64,000 nt of DNA from Bdellovibrionota bacterium (GCA_041739995.1 JBGSMV010000033.1:1-64000), one strand, 5' to 3'. Positions 1-8,343 are shown, counted from the first letter of the stretch. Numbers and translations: made by a program. The notes: generated from the letters alone by a model not told the origin.

Positions 1-138
1 GTCTGATGTTCCGACGGTACGATTCCAATTCTTGATTAGAATTTCGTTCATTTCGGTGACATCGCGAAAGGGCCGCTTGTCATAGCGTATGACATTGGAG
101 TGCCCAAAGTGCGTATCGGCGGTGAAGAAGACTGTCAT
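1..138 (-). CDS. Calcineurin-like metallophosphoesterase, 5' part only (runs off the window edge)
   Basis: Not in the ORF track. Manual translation from the ATG at 138 gives MTVFFTADTHFGHSNVIRYDKRPFRDVTEMNEILIKNWNRTVGTSD, with the DxHxGH motif I and the RPF..EM..LI.NWN signature of AQ1575-like phosphoesterases. The ATG overlaps the TGA of the AbiEii gene (ATGA). Confidence 0.85.
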   Translation of the reverse strand, partial: MTVFFTADTHFGHSNVIRYDKRPFRDVTEMNEILIKNWNRTVGTSD

Positions 139-998
139 TCCTTCCCCGCGGGTTTCTTCTTGCGCTTTCGTTGTTGCTCCTCTTCCCCTGCCTGATTCCA
201 TGGATGTCCCGGCAAACGAGATAGGATCTCCTTCGCTATCAGTTCATGCGCTGAATGAAGGTTGAAATTCTCTGCGCCAGCACCAAGCAATGGTGGCAGA
301 TCTTGAAGAAAAACAGAGTCTCTTAACTTTAGATACAGATTCTTTTCAAACTCCGCACGAGAGATCTGCGCTCCATCGCCATCCAGATGGAGCTGAAAAG
401 ATCTTACGATCGATTCAGCGTCTACTAATTTGCTTTGAAGTGAGAGGCACAGGTCAAATAGATCACGCCCCTTGCGCCTCTGATAAAGTGCACGAAGTTT
501 ACTTCCCAAGAGCCAATCGAGAGAAATAGATGTAACCTCGGTCGCGGCAGTATACCACTCCGACTGAACCCCGAATGGAATGCGCACGGTAGACTTGGCA
601 GCGAAATGCTCGCGAGAATTTATCTCGACCTTCAGTTTCATAGGCCGACCATCTGACTCGGCACGATACCGATAGAGAAGTTTCACTAACCCCTCCTTCA
701 ATTCCCGCCGCGGCTCCCCAAGCCAGGGATCGAGAATCGATCGAAGGGCATCGAAAGTTGGGCCAATTGGCTCAGGCTCAATCTGAAGAAAATCCAAATC
801 TTCGGAATAGCGTTCCGCTGTCTTCAGATGCACTTTATGCAGCGCAGTGCCTCCGCGGAAGGCAAGTTTTTGAGCCAATAGAGGGTGGGAGTAAATCTCA
901 ACCAGTGCCCGACAAAGTACTAGATCTTGCTCAACTTGATGGGCGCCGCTCCAAGGCGCATGACTCTTCCACTGCTCAATGAATAATTCTGGAATCAT
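135..998 (-). CDS. abiEii: AbiEii/AbiGii-family nucleotidyltransferase toxin (type IV TA)
   Basis: Motifs QVEQDL, FRGGTALHK, RYSEDLD, KVEIN and KLRALYQRRKGRDLFDL. Confidence 0.9.
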   Translation of the reverse strand: MIPELFIEQWKSHAPWSGAHQVEQDLVLCRALVEIYSHPLLAQKLAFRGGTALHKVHLKTAERYSEDLDFLQIEPEPIGPTFDALRSILDPWLGEPRRELKEGLVKLLYRYRAESDGRPMKLKVEINSREHFAAKSTVRIPFGVQSEWYTAATEVTSISLDWLLGSKLRALYQRRKGRDLFDLCLSLQSKLVDAESIVRSFQLHLDGDGAQISRAEFEKNLYLKLRDSVFLQDLPPLLGAGAENFNLHSAHELIAKEILSRLPGHPWNQAGEEEQQRKRKKKPAGKE

Positions 999-1783
999 AG
1001 GTCAGGCTGAACGATGTCGTTAACTATGATGCGCCACCGCTTGTCAGTCACTACGTTACGGGCAGACCTCTTTCCAGGTACAAGTACAACGGAGCGAGGA
1101 GCTCGTTTCCGAACTTCCCCCTCAAGTGAATTGGCAATCTCCGTTGCTCCTACTTTATCAAGGATAAACCCAAGCCGTTGGACGGTTGCAATCTCGAAGT
1201 TCTTAGAAACCTCCAGTAGCTTTGGAGCAGAGATTTTTTCGGCTAACTCCGAGAGCACCGTTGCCACGTTGTCTATTCCCGCCGCCTTCGTTTGATAGGC
1301 AACGAGATCAAAGGCTGTAACTTCCGGCGTACAAACCGTCAAATAGCCAGTCCTGACTTTATGCTTCGTAGTCGGCAATCGATCTATAGAACCTTTGACG
1401 AGAAACTGAATGCGGACGTTGCCACTTCGTATAGCCCGGCGCCGACTAGTCACTATGACTTGAAACATCTGTGGGCGATGATGCGCAGCTCCCTGAATTT
1501 CTGCTGCTGAGAGAAGTGCGACATAGTAGGAAGACTTCAGGAACTTCATGAGATAGTCGACGAACTCCTCCGCAGGGCGAGAGCCGTTGGCTCGATCCGC
1601 CGGGGGAAGAATCACGTGAAATCCTCTCACGGGCGAGGCAATTTCCTGCTTCCGTCTTAGGCGAAGAAGAGAGTGCATCGCCGCTGTAGGGCTAAGGGAA
1701 AGGGCAGCGGCATACTCCACAGTAGTGAAGGCGATTCGCCCTTGGGCTTGGAGTTTATTGAGGAAAGACTCTGAATTCGACAT
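995..1783 (-). CDS. abiEi: AbiEi-family antitoxin / transcriptional regulator (type IV TA)
   Basis: N-terminal wHTH-like region and motifs YYVALLSAAEIQGAAHHRPQ and TPEVTAFDLV. ATGA overlap with the toxin. ATG at 1783 chosen; the track uses GTG at 1792. Confidence 0.88.
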   Translation of the reverse strand: MSNSESFLNKLQAQGRIAFTTVEYAAALSLSPTAAMHSLLRLRRKQEIASPVRGFHVILPPADRANGSRPAEEFVDYLMKFLKSSYYVALLSAAEIQGAAHHRPQMFQVIVTSRRRAIRSGNVRIQFLVKGSIDRLPTTKHKVRTGYLTVCTPEVTAFDLVAYQTKAAGIDNVATVLSELAEKISAPKLLEVSKNFEIATVQRLGFILDKVGATEIANSLEGEVRKRAPRSVVLVPGKRSARNVVTDKRWRIIVNDIVQPDL

Positions 1784-1791
1784 TTGGTTCA

Positions 1792-1823
1792 CAGAACTTA
1801 GCGTTTTCTGCTAAGTTTTGCAA
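1792..1823 (-). promoter_or_regulatory. Sigma70-like promoter of the abiE operon, overlapped by an inverted repeat (likely AbiEi operator)
   Basis: Minus strand TTGCAA-N17-TAAGTT. Inverted repeat AACTTAGC (1795-1802)-N7-GCTAAGTT (1810-1817), extending to 10/11 matches. Confidence 0.6.
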
Positions 1824-1951
1824 CCTAAATGCAGCAAATTGCGCCTCAAAACGTTCTACTAGGTCCCCGTTTTGAAACTCCCCGGACGGGCAGGTCCGGG
1901 CCGCGAGACGCAATCCGGCTATATAGGCTCTGCGCGCCAAGCCAAGACAAA

Positions 1952-2056
1952 TGCCGAGGGCGGGAATTGAACCGTTCGGCTGCCTTCGACCCGAGCTCAG
2001 GCCGAGGGTAGCTCACGTCGAAGCCCGCACATCCTTTCGAATCCAGGATTTTCAGT
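1952..2056 (-). pseudogene. 3'-half tRNA-Leu-like remnant interrupted by a 52-bp hairpin insertion
   Basis: On the + strand, tgccgagggcgggaattgaacc|cgcacatcctttcgaatccaggattttcagt aligns with the neighbouring tRNA (tgcccagcgccggacttgaacc|ggcacgacctttcgatcccaggattttaagt) once 1974-2025 is removed. Confidence 0.7.
1974..2025. repeat. REP/MITE-like palindromic insertion
   Basis: CTTCGACCCGAGCT ... AGCTCACGTCGAAG, a 12/14 inverted repeat, sits in the T-arm of the tRNA remnant. Confidence 0.55.
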
Positions 2057-2099
2057 TCAACAAGACGTAAAAGAAAATGACTTAACTAACTGATTTTTC

Positions 2100-2182
2100 T
2101 GCCCAGCGCCGGACTTGAACCGGCACGACCTTTCGATCCCAGGATTTTAAGTCCTGTATGTCTACCATTCCATCACTCGGGC
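2100..2182 (-). tRNA. tRNA-Leu(TAA)
   Basis: GCCCGAGTGATGGAATGGTAGACATACAGGA-CTTAAAA-TCCTG, long variable arm, GCCGG-TTCAAGT-CCGGC T arm. No encoded CCA; acceptor stem imperfect. Confidence 0.9.
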
Positions 2183-2341
2183 GAGTGTTGTGCTTCCACC
2201 TGCGAAGCCGATGACATCTAAAATAGTCAACGAACCCACAAGCCTAAGGGTGCGAGGAAACTTATCACCGCCCGAGAACAGCGTCGAGCCTTTCCACGCA
2301 TCAAGAGAGGGCAAACCAAGTCAATTTTTAGGCGAACGAAG

Positions 2342-3073
2342 CTATCGGAGGTGCGCAAGTAGCATCAAGAGCGCCATGCCCCCCATGCCTAAATCCTCGA
2401 CCAGCGTGACCTTGGTCATTGGAAGCTTGAGCGCCGTGCCAAGGCAGGCGCACTGAATTTTTCGACCAGCGCGCAGTGTGCGCCATACGCCCAGGGCCCC
2501 AAATCCCATCAGAGCAGCGGTAAAAGTATTGGTGGCGACCGGAAAGGCCCCGACGAAGTAGGACACACCAAGGCCAAGCTCAATAAAGGGGTAAACATAG
2601 GCGTAGGTTCTCGAGCGCATGGCGAGCAGGTCATAGGTCGCATAGCCCTCAGCAAATCCAGAGAGATCAATCATCTTGAACAGAGAGAACATAACAAAAA
2701 ATGCGCCCATGAAATTTGCCATGAGCACCGAGGCCGAATAATCGCCCGAAATAGTCGCGCGCAGAAATACACCAGCTAAAAGGTACGCGACGATAACGTA
2801 GAGCGGTCGAAGGCTTTCAGGCGGCTGCGCACCCGTCGCAGCCGAAGCATCAGAATCATTTGCGGCGACTGGTTCAAATGAGTAATCGCCAAGGGCTGCA
2901 AGCTCAGTGTTTAAGGAACTAAGCACTATCGCCGATTCTGCACTCACTCTGGCACGCGGGGGATTCAAGGTGACTGAGACCGACTCAATCTCGGGGTGCC
3001 TCCGCAGTGCCGCCTCGATTTTCCCAACACACGAACTGCAATGCATGCCCTTAACTAGATAGTGCTGAATCAT
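2342..3073 (-). CDS. Heavy-metal-associated (HMA) domain fused to a MauE/DoxX-like membrane domain
   Basis: N-terminal GMHCSSC, about 5 TM helices, YPFIEL and the IQCACLG CxC motif. Confidence 0.85.
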   Translation of the reverse strand: MIQHYLVKGMHCSSCVGKIEAALRRHPEIESVSVTLNPPRARVSAESAIVLSSLNTELAALGDYSFEPVAANDSDASAATGAQPPESLRPLYVIVAYLLAGVFLRATISGDYSASVLMANFMGAFFVMFSLFKMIDLSGFAEGYATYDLLAMRSRTYAYVYPFIELGLGVSYFVGAFPVATNTFTAALMGFGALGVWRTLRAGRKIQCACLGTALKLPMTKVTLVEDLGMGGMALLMLLAHLR

Positions 3074-3102
3074 ATCCGAACCTTCTTGGTGCTGACTTTG
3101 CG

Positions 3103-3366
3103 CTACTCGAAGGAAGAATCGTCCCGTATCGCTGAAAGCACCGCTTTTACCAGGCCTTCAGGCGGCGGCGGTGTATCTTCATCGGTAATGAGCCTCACCA
3201 CATCTATAGAGTTTCGATAGCTTTCTAAAAATGTGTCGCATTCTTTACATGCACAAATATGGCGTTCGAATATGCCGCGCTGCTTCGGATCGAGACTCTC
3301 CTCAAGATAGTCTATGATGAACTGAACAAACTGCTCACAGGACATGTTCAAATCACTACAACTCAT
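3103..3366 (-). CDS. Zinc-binding anti-sigma factor (zf-HC2)
   Basis: C...HICACKEC (HxxxCxxC); ATGA overlap with the ECF sigma gene. Confidence 0.85.
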   Translation of the reverse strand: MSCSDLNMSCEQFVQFIIDYLEESLDPKQRGIFERHICACKECDTFLESYRNSIDVVRLITDEDTPPPPEGLVKAVLSAIRDDSSFE

Positions 3367-3980
3367 GCACCCCTCCTCTGATAGTCCCGTCCGAGCGAGC
3401 GCATAAGCGCCTGACGCGCTCGGTGCAGACGCTGACGCGCGGAGTCATGCGAAATGCCTAAGGTTTCGGCAATCTCAGCGGATCCAAATCCTTCAACATC
3501 CCGAAGCACAAGTACTGCTCGGTAGTCGGCAGGCAAAGCTTCAAGCGCACGCCCCACATCCTGCCGCAACATTACTTCTCGCTCTGGGCTTGGCGCGGGC
3601 ACCGCAAGCGGAGGTTCGGCGTGACCTCCGTCTCCAAGGAATTTTGGCGAGAGACTCTCAATCGATTCCTCGGGTCGCGAGGCCTTGCTGCGAAGTCGCA
3701 TAAGAGCTGCGTTCACGACGATGCGGTGAAGCCAGGTGCTCACCGAAGAGCGTCCATCGAATTTCGCAATGCCTTTGAATGCTGAAATGTAGGCCTCTTG
3801 GACTACCTCCTCGGCATCCGCTCGATTCGACAAGATGCGCTCTGCGAGCATTAGCATACGGCCGATAGTTTGAATCACGAAGGCTTCCTGGGCACGAGCT
3901 TCACCACGCTGAAGAGCAGCGACAAAATCTCGATCATGGAGCGGCTCCCCATTCGTACTCAAGATGTCTTCACTAGTCAT
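3363..3980 (-). CDS. ECF RNA polymerase sigma factor
   Basis: Region 2 DAEEVVQEAY...STWLHRIVVN; region 4 EIAETLGIS...RLHRAR. Confidence 0.92.
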   Translation of the reverse strand: MTSEDILSTNGEPLHDRDFVAALQRGEARAQEAFVIQTIGRMLMLAERILSNRADAEEVVQEAYISAFKGIAKFDGRSSVSTWLHRIVVNAALMRLRSKASRPEESIESLSPKFLGDGGHAEPPLAVPAPSPEREVMLRQDVGRALEALPADYRAVLVLRDVEGFGSAEIAETLGISHDSARQRLHRARQALMRSLGRDYQRRGA

Positions 3981-4061
3981 ACCCTCGCCACAAACAGGTT
4001 ACGTATCTGAAGTGACCATATTTCAAGCCCCCAACAATCCACAACCCCAGTGACCTGCCTT

Positions 4062-4089
4062 AGGTGCGGAGTGGCCCCCCAGTGTGACC
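4062..4089 (-). promoter_or_regulatory. Putative ECF promoter for the sigma operon
   Basis: GGTCACA-N14-CGCACCT; the same motif with the same spacing occurs on the opposite strand at 4123-4150. Confidence 0.6.
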
Positions 4090-4122
4090 CACAGAAAATA
4101 TCAGAGAATTGAGGTCTTCGGC

Positions 4123-4150
4123 TGTCACAGTCAGCGGCCAGAACGCATCT
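4123..4150 (+). promoter_or_regulatory. Putative ECF promoter for the AhpD-like gene
   Basis: TGTCACA-N14-CGCATCT. Confidence 0.6.
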
Positions 4151-4246
4151 GAGCATGCATGCGGGTGGGAAGATGATTGCTTTTTAGAGTGTTCGCTCCC
4201 GCAGTGTGAGTAAACAGACCACGAAAGGAAAGAAAGAGGATTTAAT

Positions 4247-4801
4247 ATGAATAGACTAAATTTAGTAACCCCTGAACAAGCCACCGGAAAGACCAGCGAA
4301 CTGTTTTCGATGGTGAAATCTAAGCTCGGAACGGTGCCCAACATGATGCGCGCATTAGGCAACTCGCCTGCGGCGCTGGAGAGCTATTTGACGTTCTCTG
4401 GTATACTTTCACACGGGACACTCGACGCTAAGGTGCGAGAGCAAATTGCTCTCATAACCGCAGAGGAGAACTCCTGCGAATATTGCTTGGCAGCCCACTC
4501 GCTGCTTGGAAAAAAAGCGGGACTGACTGACGCCCAAGTGTCTTCGGCTCGACGGGGGGAAGGACAAGGGAAAACAGGCGCCGCATTGGCTCTAGCTAGG
4601 GAGATCATCAAAACGCGTGGCGCAGTGTCTAACTCTGGCTTGGAAGCGGCCAGGAGTGCTGGACTGGGTGACGCCGAGATTGCTGAAGTTGTCGCCAATG
4701 TCTCGCTGAACATTTTCACGAACTACTTCAATCAAACGGCTCTACCTGAAGTCGATTTTCCAGCAGCTGCGCCACTAGGCAAGCAGGCCTGCTGCAGTTA
4801 G
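4247..4801 (+). CDS. AhpD / carboxymuconolactone decarboxylase-family peroxidase
   Basis: REQIAL...NSCEYCLAAH motif, NIFTNYFN, C-terminal ACCS; RBS AGAGG upstream. Confidence 0.88.
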   Translation: MNRLNLVTPEQATGKTSELFSMVKSKLGTVPNMMRALGNSPAALESYLTFSGILSHGTLDAKVREQIALITAEENSCEYCLAAHSLLGKKAGLTDAQVSSARRGEGQGKTGAALALAREIIKTRGAVSNSGLEAARSAGLGDAEIAEVVANVSLNIFTNYFNQTALPEVDFPAAAPLGKQACCS

Positions 4802-5007
4802 CAAAAACCACCCCTCTTCACTTACGCTCGCCGAATCCCTGAAGTGTCAGATTTTGCGCGAGCGAGTGAGGGGGGTTCAAAGCACCCCATCACTTGCTCC
4901 AAGCCCAACCCCGACACGCAATACCGTTCTAAAATAATCACTGGCCCTATGCCTCTAACTCAAAGCGTACGACACCGACGCTAGCGGCTGGCCTGTCCCA
5001 AAATATC

Positions 5008-5035
5008 TGTAACAATCTAGCACTCTATGCGACTA
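5008..5035 (+). promoter_or_regulatory. Putative ECF (SigF-like) promoter of the RiPP precursor
   Basis: TGTAACA-N15-CGACTA; a matching motif lies upstream of doxX at 8344. Confidence 0.55.
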
Positions 5036-5159
5036 CAGTGTTGAGTATGAGATTAACCATGGTCGTCTAATGGCCTCCATGGTATCGATTCATGCGGCTC
5101 GCCTAGCTCATGTTGCGCTATGCAGCCCCAAACTAAAGATGATTGGAGAGAAACTCGAT

Positions 5160-5450
5160 ATGAAGCGTTCAATTGCTACCCTATCAGCCGTTGCCGTTGC
5201 CGGCATGCTCATTGGTCTTACGTCCTCGAATGCTTACGCAGACAACCATGCAGACGGTGCCCACGATGGCGACCACAAGACTGCAGATAATGGCTGCAGT
5301 GGAAAAGATGGCTGCAACGGCAAAGACAGCTGTAAGGGCAAAGAAGCCAGCGAAGACAAAGACAGCTGCAAAGCCAAAGACAGCTGCAAAGCCAAAGAGG
5401 GCTGCAAAGCTAAGGATAGCTGCAAGGGTCACGAGGATCACGGGCACTAA
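5160..5450 (+). CDS. Secreted Cys/His-rich repeat peptide; probable MNIO RiPP precursor (96 aa)
   Basis: GGAGAG RBS then ATG at 5160. 27-aa Sec signal ending in AYA. Mature part has 7 Cys in [DEN][SG]C[KSN][GA][KH] units and 6 His. Directly upstream of DUF692. Confidence 0.85.
   Translation: MKRSIATLSAVAVAGMLIGLTSSNAYADNHADGAHDGDHKTADNGCSGKDGCNGKDSCKGKEASEDKDSCKAKDSCKAKEGCKAKDSCKGHEDHGH
5358..5429 (+). repeat. 18-bp coding tandem repeat (AAAGACAGCTGCAAAGCC-like, 4 copies)
   Basis: Encodes KDSCKA KDSCKA KEGCKA KDSCKG. Confidence 0.85.
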
Positions 5451-5569
5451 GTGGTCCGCCGATCTTTAAGTCTTAGAGCGATCACCTTCTGGTGAGATTC
5501 TCTTGGCTTAGAATCACGCTCAGTTTTGGGGTATTTTCGCACTTCAGCGAGCTCACTCAAAATTGATCC

Positions 5570-5602
5570 AAAGGGGAGCTCCTCTCGAGCTCCCCTTTTT
5601 TT
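5570..5602 (+). terminator. Rho-independent terminator between the precursor and DUF692
   Basis: AAAGGGGAGCTC-ctctc-GAGCTCCCCTTT perfect 12-bp stem ending in a T7 run. Confidence 0.8.
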
Positions 5603-5678
5603 GTGCAACAGCTTGAGGCTGCCCTTTAAGGATCGGGCACTTGACTCGCACACACACCCCTCGCATTGTGTAAGGCCT

Positions 5679-6560
5679 ATGCCAGCGTCTCGATTTAACT
5701 CCTTTACAGACTTCGGCGTCGGAATTGGTCTGCGGGTTCCGCACTACACTCATATTCTTGAGAAAAAGCCCACCGTAGACTGGTTCGAGATTATTTCTGA
5801 GAATTTCCTAGTCGATGGCGGGCGCCCTAGAGAGGTTCTCGATCAGATATTAGAGCAGTACCAGGTTGTCATGCATGGGGTCTCCATGTATTTCGGCTCC
5901 CCAGAGAAGCCCAACCGCGACCACCTAAAGCGACTGAAGGCTCTAGTTAAGTTGACCAACACCCCTTGGGTTTCTGATCACCTGTGCTGGGGAAGTGTGG
6001 ATGGCACCTACTCGCACGATCTGCTACCTATCCCGTACACCATCGCAGCAGCTAAAGCCGCCGCAGCAAAGATCCGCTACGTCAGAGACTGTTTAGAGGT
6101 GCCGATAGCGGTTGAGAATCTTAGTAGCTACGCTGAGTTTACTTCTTCCACCATGACCGAGTGGGAATTCCTTAACGAAGTAGTAGAGCGCGCGGACTGT
6201 GGTATTCTCCTAGATGTGAACAACATATACGTGTCCTCTAAGAATCATGGCTTTGACCCTTACTTGTACCTAAACGCAATTCCCCCAGAGCGAGTTTCTC
6301 AGATACACATCGCCGGACATTCTCGTCATGAGCGCTTTATTATCGACACTCACGACCGAGCACCGATTGACCCCGTATGGGCGCTCTACGCTCATGCCAT
6401 AGCGCGCATCGGCAGGACCGCTACTTTGCTCGAGTGGGATGCAAAGATTCCGACGTTTGAAGAAGTTCACTCAGAAGCGAACAAGGCTTCGCGCTGGCTT
6501 GACTCCTCAGCTGCTCCACCACCACGAACTCTCCCTCTTCCATTAGGAGCCCCCACGTGA
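5679..6560 (+). CDS. DUF692-family multinuclear non-heme iron oxidative enzyme (MNIO; BufB/HvfB/MbnB-like)
   Basis: GIGLR, WFEIISENF, HGVSM, VSDHLCW, ENLSSY, LLDVNNIYV, QIHIAGH, IDTHD and LLEWD. Start moved to ATG 5679 because the track extension spans the terminator. Confidence 0.93.
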   Translation: MPASRFNSFTDFGVGIGLRVPHYTHILEKKPTVDWFEIISENFLVDGGRPREVLDQILEQYQVVMHGVSMYFGSPEKPNRDHLKRLKALVKLTNTPWVSDHLCWGSVDGTYSHDLLPIPYTIAAAKAAAAKIRYVRDCLEVPIAVENLSSYAEFTSSTMTEWEFLNEVVERADCGILLDVNNIYVSSKNHGFDPYLYLNAIPPERVSQIHIAGHSRHERFIIDTHDRAPIDPVWALYAHAIARIGRTATLLEWDAKIPTFEEVHSEANKASRWLDSSAAPPPRTLPLPLGAPT

Positions 6561-7432
6561 AGAGCGGTCTTGGAAAAGTAACTTCTACCAAGGAGCTAAA
6601 GGCGCTCCAGCGCGCATTCTTTCAGATAATTACCCGCCCCCTAGGGCGCGAATCGAGCATGAAGAGTGACTCACGCGCTGCTGCCATGGTTCTCCCCTCC
6701 CCGACTCTGAGTCCCCATGAGCGCCTTGAGCTTTATGCCAGGCAATACTGGTGGAGAGTGCTCGACTCTTTGAAAGAAGATTTTCCTGGGGTCCTAGAAT
6801 TTTTAGGAGAAAAACGCTTCTCGGCGCTGCTAGTCCGCTATCTCTCCAAACACCCTTCGACTTCCTTTACGCTCAGAAATCTGGGACGAAAAATGCCTCA
6901 GTTTCTGTTACGCGACAAAACGTTGCCTTTGGGTGTTCGACGCAAAGCTGCCGCTATCGCCAGCGTGGAATGGGCAGAGATTGAAGTCTTTGACGGACCG
7001 TCTTTCGAAGAACTCTCGACTCAAGCGGTGCAGCAACGCCGAGACAAACTACGGCTTACAATCCAGCCCTACGTGCAATTGCTTTCCCTGCCATACACTG
7101 TGGATACCTTCCTCGGGACTTCGAGGACCGTTCCGATGCCAGCAGAGACAAGCAACGTGAGAGGGCGCAAGGAAGTCTCTAAACGAAGTTCAAAACTCAA
7201 GAAAGCGCTCCGCACTCAGAAATGCCACGTCGCGATTTATAGAATTGGAGCTAACATCCGTCTTGCTCGCTTGGACGGAGTTGAGCTGGATCTCTTCCGG
7301 GAACTTCAGAAGGGTGGGAGCCTCGCGCAGATTTTTGGACGGCTTTTAAAGAAACGTAAAAGCCTACCACCGGAAAAAGTTCAGGCTGCGTTTCAGCGCC
7401 TGAGCAGCTTTGGCATGATTGGCATCGAGTGA
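6557..7432 (+). CDS. DUF2063-family MNIO partner protein (BufC/HvfC-like)
   Basis: ERLELYARQYWWRVLDSLKEDFP...F..L...YL..HPSTSFTLRNLG and A.VEWA; GTGA overlap with DUF692. Confidence 0.85.
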   Translation: MKSGLGKVTSTKELKALQRAFFQIITRPLGRESSMKSDSRAAAMVLPSPTLSPHERLELYARQYWWRVLDSLKEDFPGVLEFLGEKRFSALLVRYLSKHPSTSFTLRNLGRKMPQFLLRDKTLPLGVRRKAAAIASVEWAEIEVFDGPSFEELSTQAVQQRRDKLRLTIQPYVQLLSLPYTVDTFLGTSRTVPMPAETSNVRGRKEVSKRSSKLKKALRTQKCHVAIYRIGANIRLARLDGVELDLFRELQKGGSLAQIFGRLLKKRKSLPPEKVQAAFQRLSSFGMIGIE

Positions 7433-7460
7433 GCCTCCGCAGAAGAGGATTGGCTCACCC

Positions 7461-8240
7461 TTAATTCGCGTAGCGATTTGCCTTGCGCCGATGCTGCGGC
7501 TTGATAAAGCTAAAGTCACCTCTCCAGATACGAGGGAATTGAAAGGAGTCTTCTCCTAGCATCTTAAGAAAAGCAGCCACCCGCCCCTCCGGCTGCGGCT
7601 CTTGAGCCCGCGGTTCTGTCGCTCTCAAGTTCTTTTGACTCGAACGCTTCCTCAAATGAGCAACGCCCTCTCCTTCCTTCGCGCGCTCCAGCGCTATGGC
7701 TTCATGAAACTGCCGCAAGCGCCCCTCATTCTCGAGGGAAGATCGCCATTCAAGCAGAGCAAGTTCACGACCTAGGATGTTTTTGCCAAACAAATGCTCA
7801 TGGGAATCCTTGGGAGTGTGTACCGCGATCAGGCGCAGGACGGCTTCTTCTCTGGTTGCCACCGCATCTCTGACCGCCTCAGACACCTCTTTAACGACTT
7901 CGAGATATGGTTTTTGATCGTAGGCAATCCCTCGCCGAACAGCCTCGGCAAGATAACGCGCACCGTCCGTTCCTCGAAGCTCAGTAAAAGCAGCCCAGTC
8001 CGCACGCCAGGCTTCGAGTCCACTATCGGTGACTACTTTAGCCTGAAGAAATTTCTCTCGATTAGCGTACCATTCCAATTGCCGTAAAATCTGAGGATTG
8101 CTCAATTCGTTGAGCGACGGAGCTTCCGGTATCGGGGGAAGAGCTGCCGCACCAGTGGGAACAACCAGCCTTTCCAGTGATTCTCCGACATGCTCCTGAG
8201 GAGGCGGAACGGTCGATTTTCTGTTAGTCGAAGGGTCCAT
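7461..8240 (-). CDS. Hypothetical protein
   Basis: 259-aa ORF filling the gap between DUF2063 and doxX; Pro-rich N-terminus; no recognisable motif. Confidence 0.6.
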   Translation of the reverse strand: MDPSTNRKSTVPPPQEHVGESLERLVVPTGAAALPPIPEAPSLNELSNPQILRQLEWYANREKFLQAKVVTDSGLEAWRADWAAFTELRGTDGARYLAEAVRRGIAYDQKPYLEVVKEVSEAVRDAVATREEAVLRLIAVHTPKDSHEHLFGKNILGRELALLEWRSSLENEGRLRQFHEAIALERAKEGEGVAHLRKRSSQKNLRATEPRAQEPQPEGRVAAFLKMLGEDSFQFPRIWRGDFSFIKPQHRRKANRYAN

Positions 8241-8343
8241 GTGTGGCTACTCTACCGACAGTTCGAACCCTAAACAAACACCCCGGGCGACTCAGCACCT
8301 CCTGACGGCGCCAAAAAAAGCCTGGCCGGGCTTGAATATTGCT

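Noticed and set aside
1..2100. Prophage or integrative element call
   Set aside because: No integrase, transposase or phage gene lies inside the window; only the att-like scar and TA cargo are visible.
4810..4877. GC-rich hairpin after the AhpD-like gene as a terminator
   Set aside because: The stem is interrupted with a large loop and there is no clear U-tract on the plus strand, so it was not called.
5070..5159. N-terminal extension of the precursor in the ORF track
   Set aside because: The RBS and a clean signal peptide begin at ATG 5160.
5184..5447. Hydrophobic antisense ORF over the precursor
   Set aside because: It is simply the reverse complement of the Lys-rich 18-bp repeats.
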